DNA of 64,000 bases, taken from assembly GCA_024275955.1 (NCBI GenBank), contig JAJRYD010000004.1:69346-133345 (forward strand). Direction: 5' to 3'. A model generated the notes under the pieces. That model saw only the letters and a list, made by a program, of their open reading frames with translations, did not search any database and had not been told where the DNA came from. This document shows, piece after piece, positions 63,745-64,000 of this stretch. Within the stretch, counting starts at the first letter, position 1; each line of letters starts with the position of its first letter. This DNA comes from Nitrospirota bacterium. GTDB lineage: Bacteria; Nitrospinota_A; UBA7883; JACRGQ01. Both the position numbers and the translations under genes were made by a program.

Positions 63745-64000
63745 TTCAGTTCCTCCGTTAGTTTTTTAAACGATATTATATCGACTCTGCCCTTGCCTGC
63801 AACTGTACATAATGAAAAACTCTGTAAACGATTAGGAAAAGAAAAATTGATACCGCTCCCGATAACGGTTCAAAACGCTCTCTAACCTTAAGTGCGAAGC
63901 AAATTGCCAGCACTCCAGCAAGCCTTTCTACTGGAAAGGAATCTAGCAAGTACGAATTTATTGATTTGTTTACGGGCATCTGTGGTTTTAGGGCTGGGCT

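Overview
This is a mostly housekeeping window from a flagellated Gram-negative bacterium. Gene content suggests a Nitrospinota/Nitrospirota/Desulfobacterota-like lineage, but that is an inference. Core genes include ligA, lolD, clpS, pcm, purM, dapB, motA-motB-motB-fliL-fliM-fliN, rho, tsaC, thrS, rarA, ccmE/ccmF, lpxD-fabZ-lpxA, trpE, truA, uvrA, uppP, lpxB, purA, hisZ, serA and a MoxR/DUF58 cluster. The most notable region is 31.4-40.5 kb. It holds a Cyc2-type monoheme cytochrome-porin fusion (candidate Fe(II) oxidase) with a near-consensus sigma70 promoter and its own terminator. Next to it are a frameshifted REP-associated tyrosine transposase with flanking GTAG REPs and a CxxxY-type CcmE. 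An unannotated sigma54 promoter-to-terminator unit (sRNA and/or 39-aa peptide) contains segments complementary to the cyc2 leader, and a DnaA-box cluster lies nearby. The intergenic DNA carries six copies of a ~129-bp MITE (5-bp target duplications), two copies of a ~175-bp MITE, and a degenerate REP-like family. Other oddities are a MotB paralogue lacking the conserved Asp, an EIIA/PII-like/double-antiporter operon, a probable ATC start codon for uppP, and a Rho lacking its N-terminal helical domain. I recognised no rRNA, tRNA or CRISPR array.
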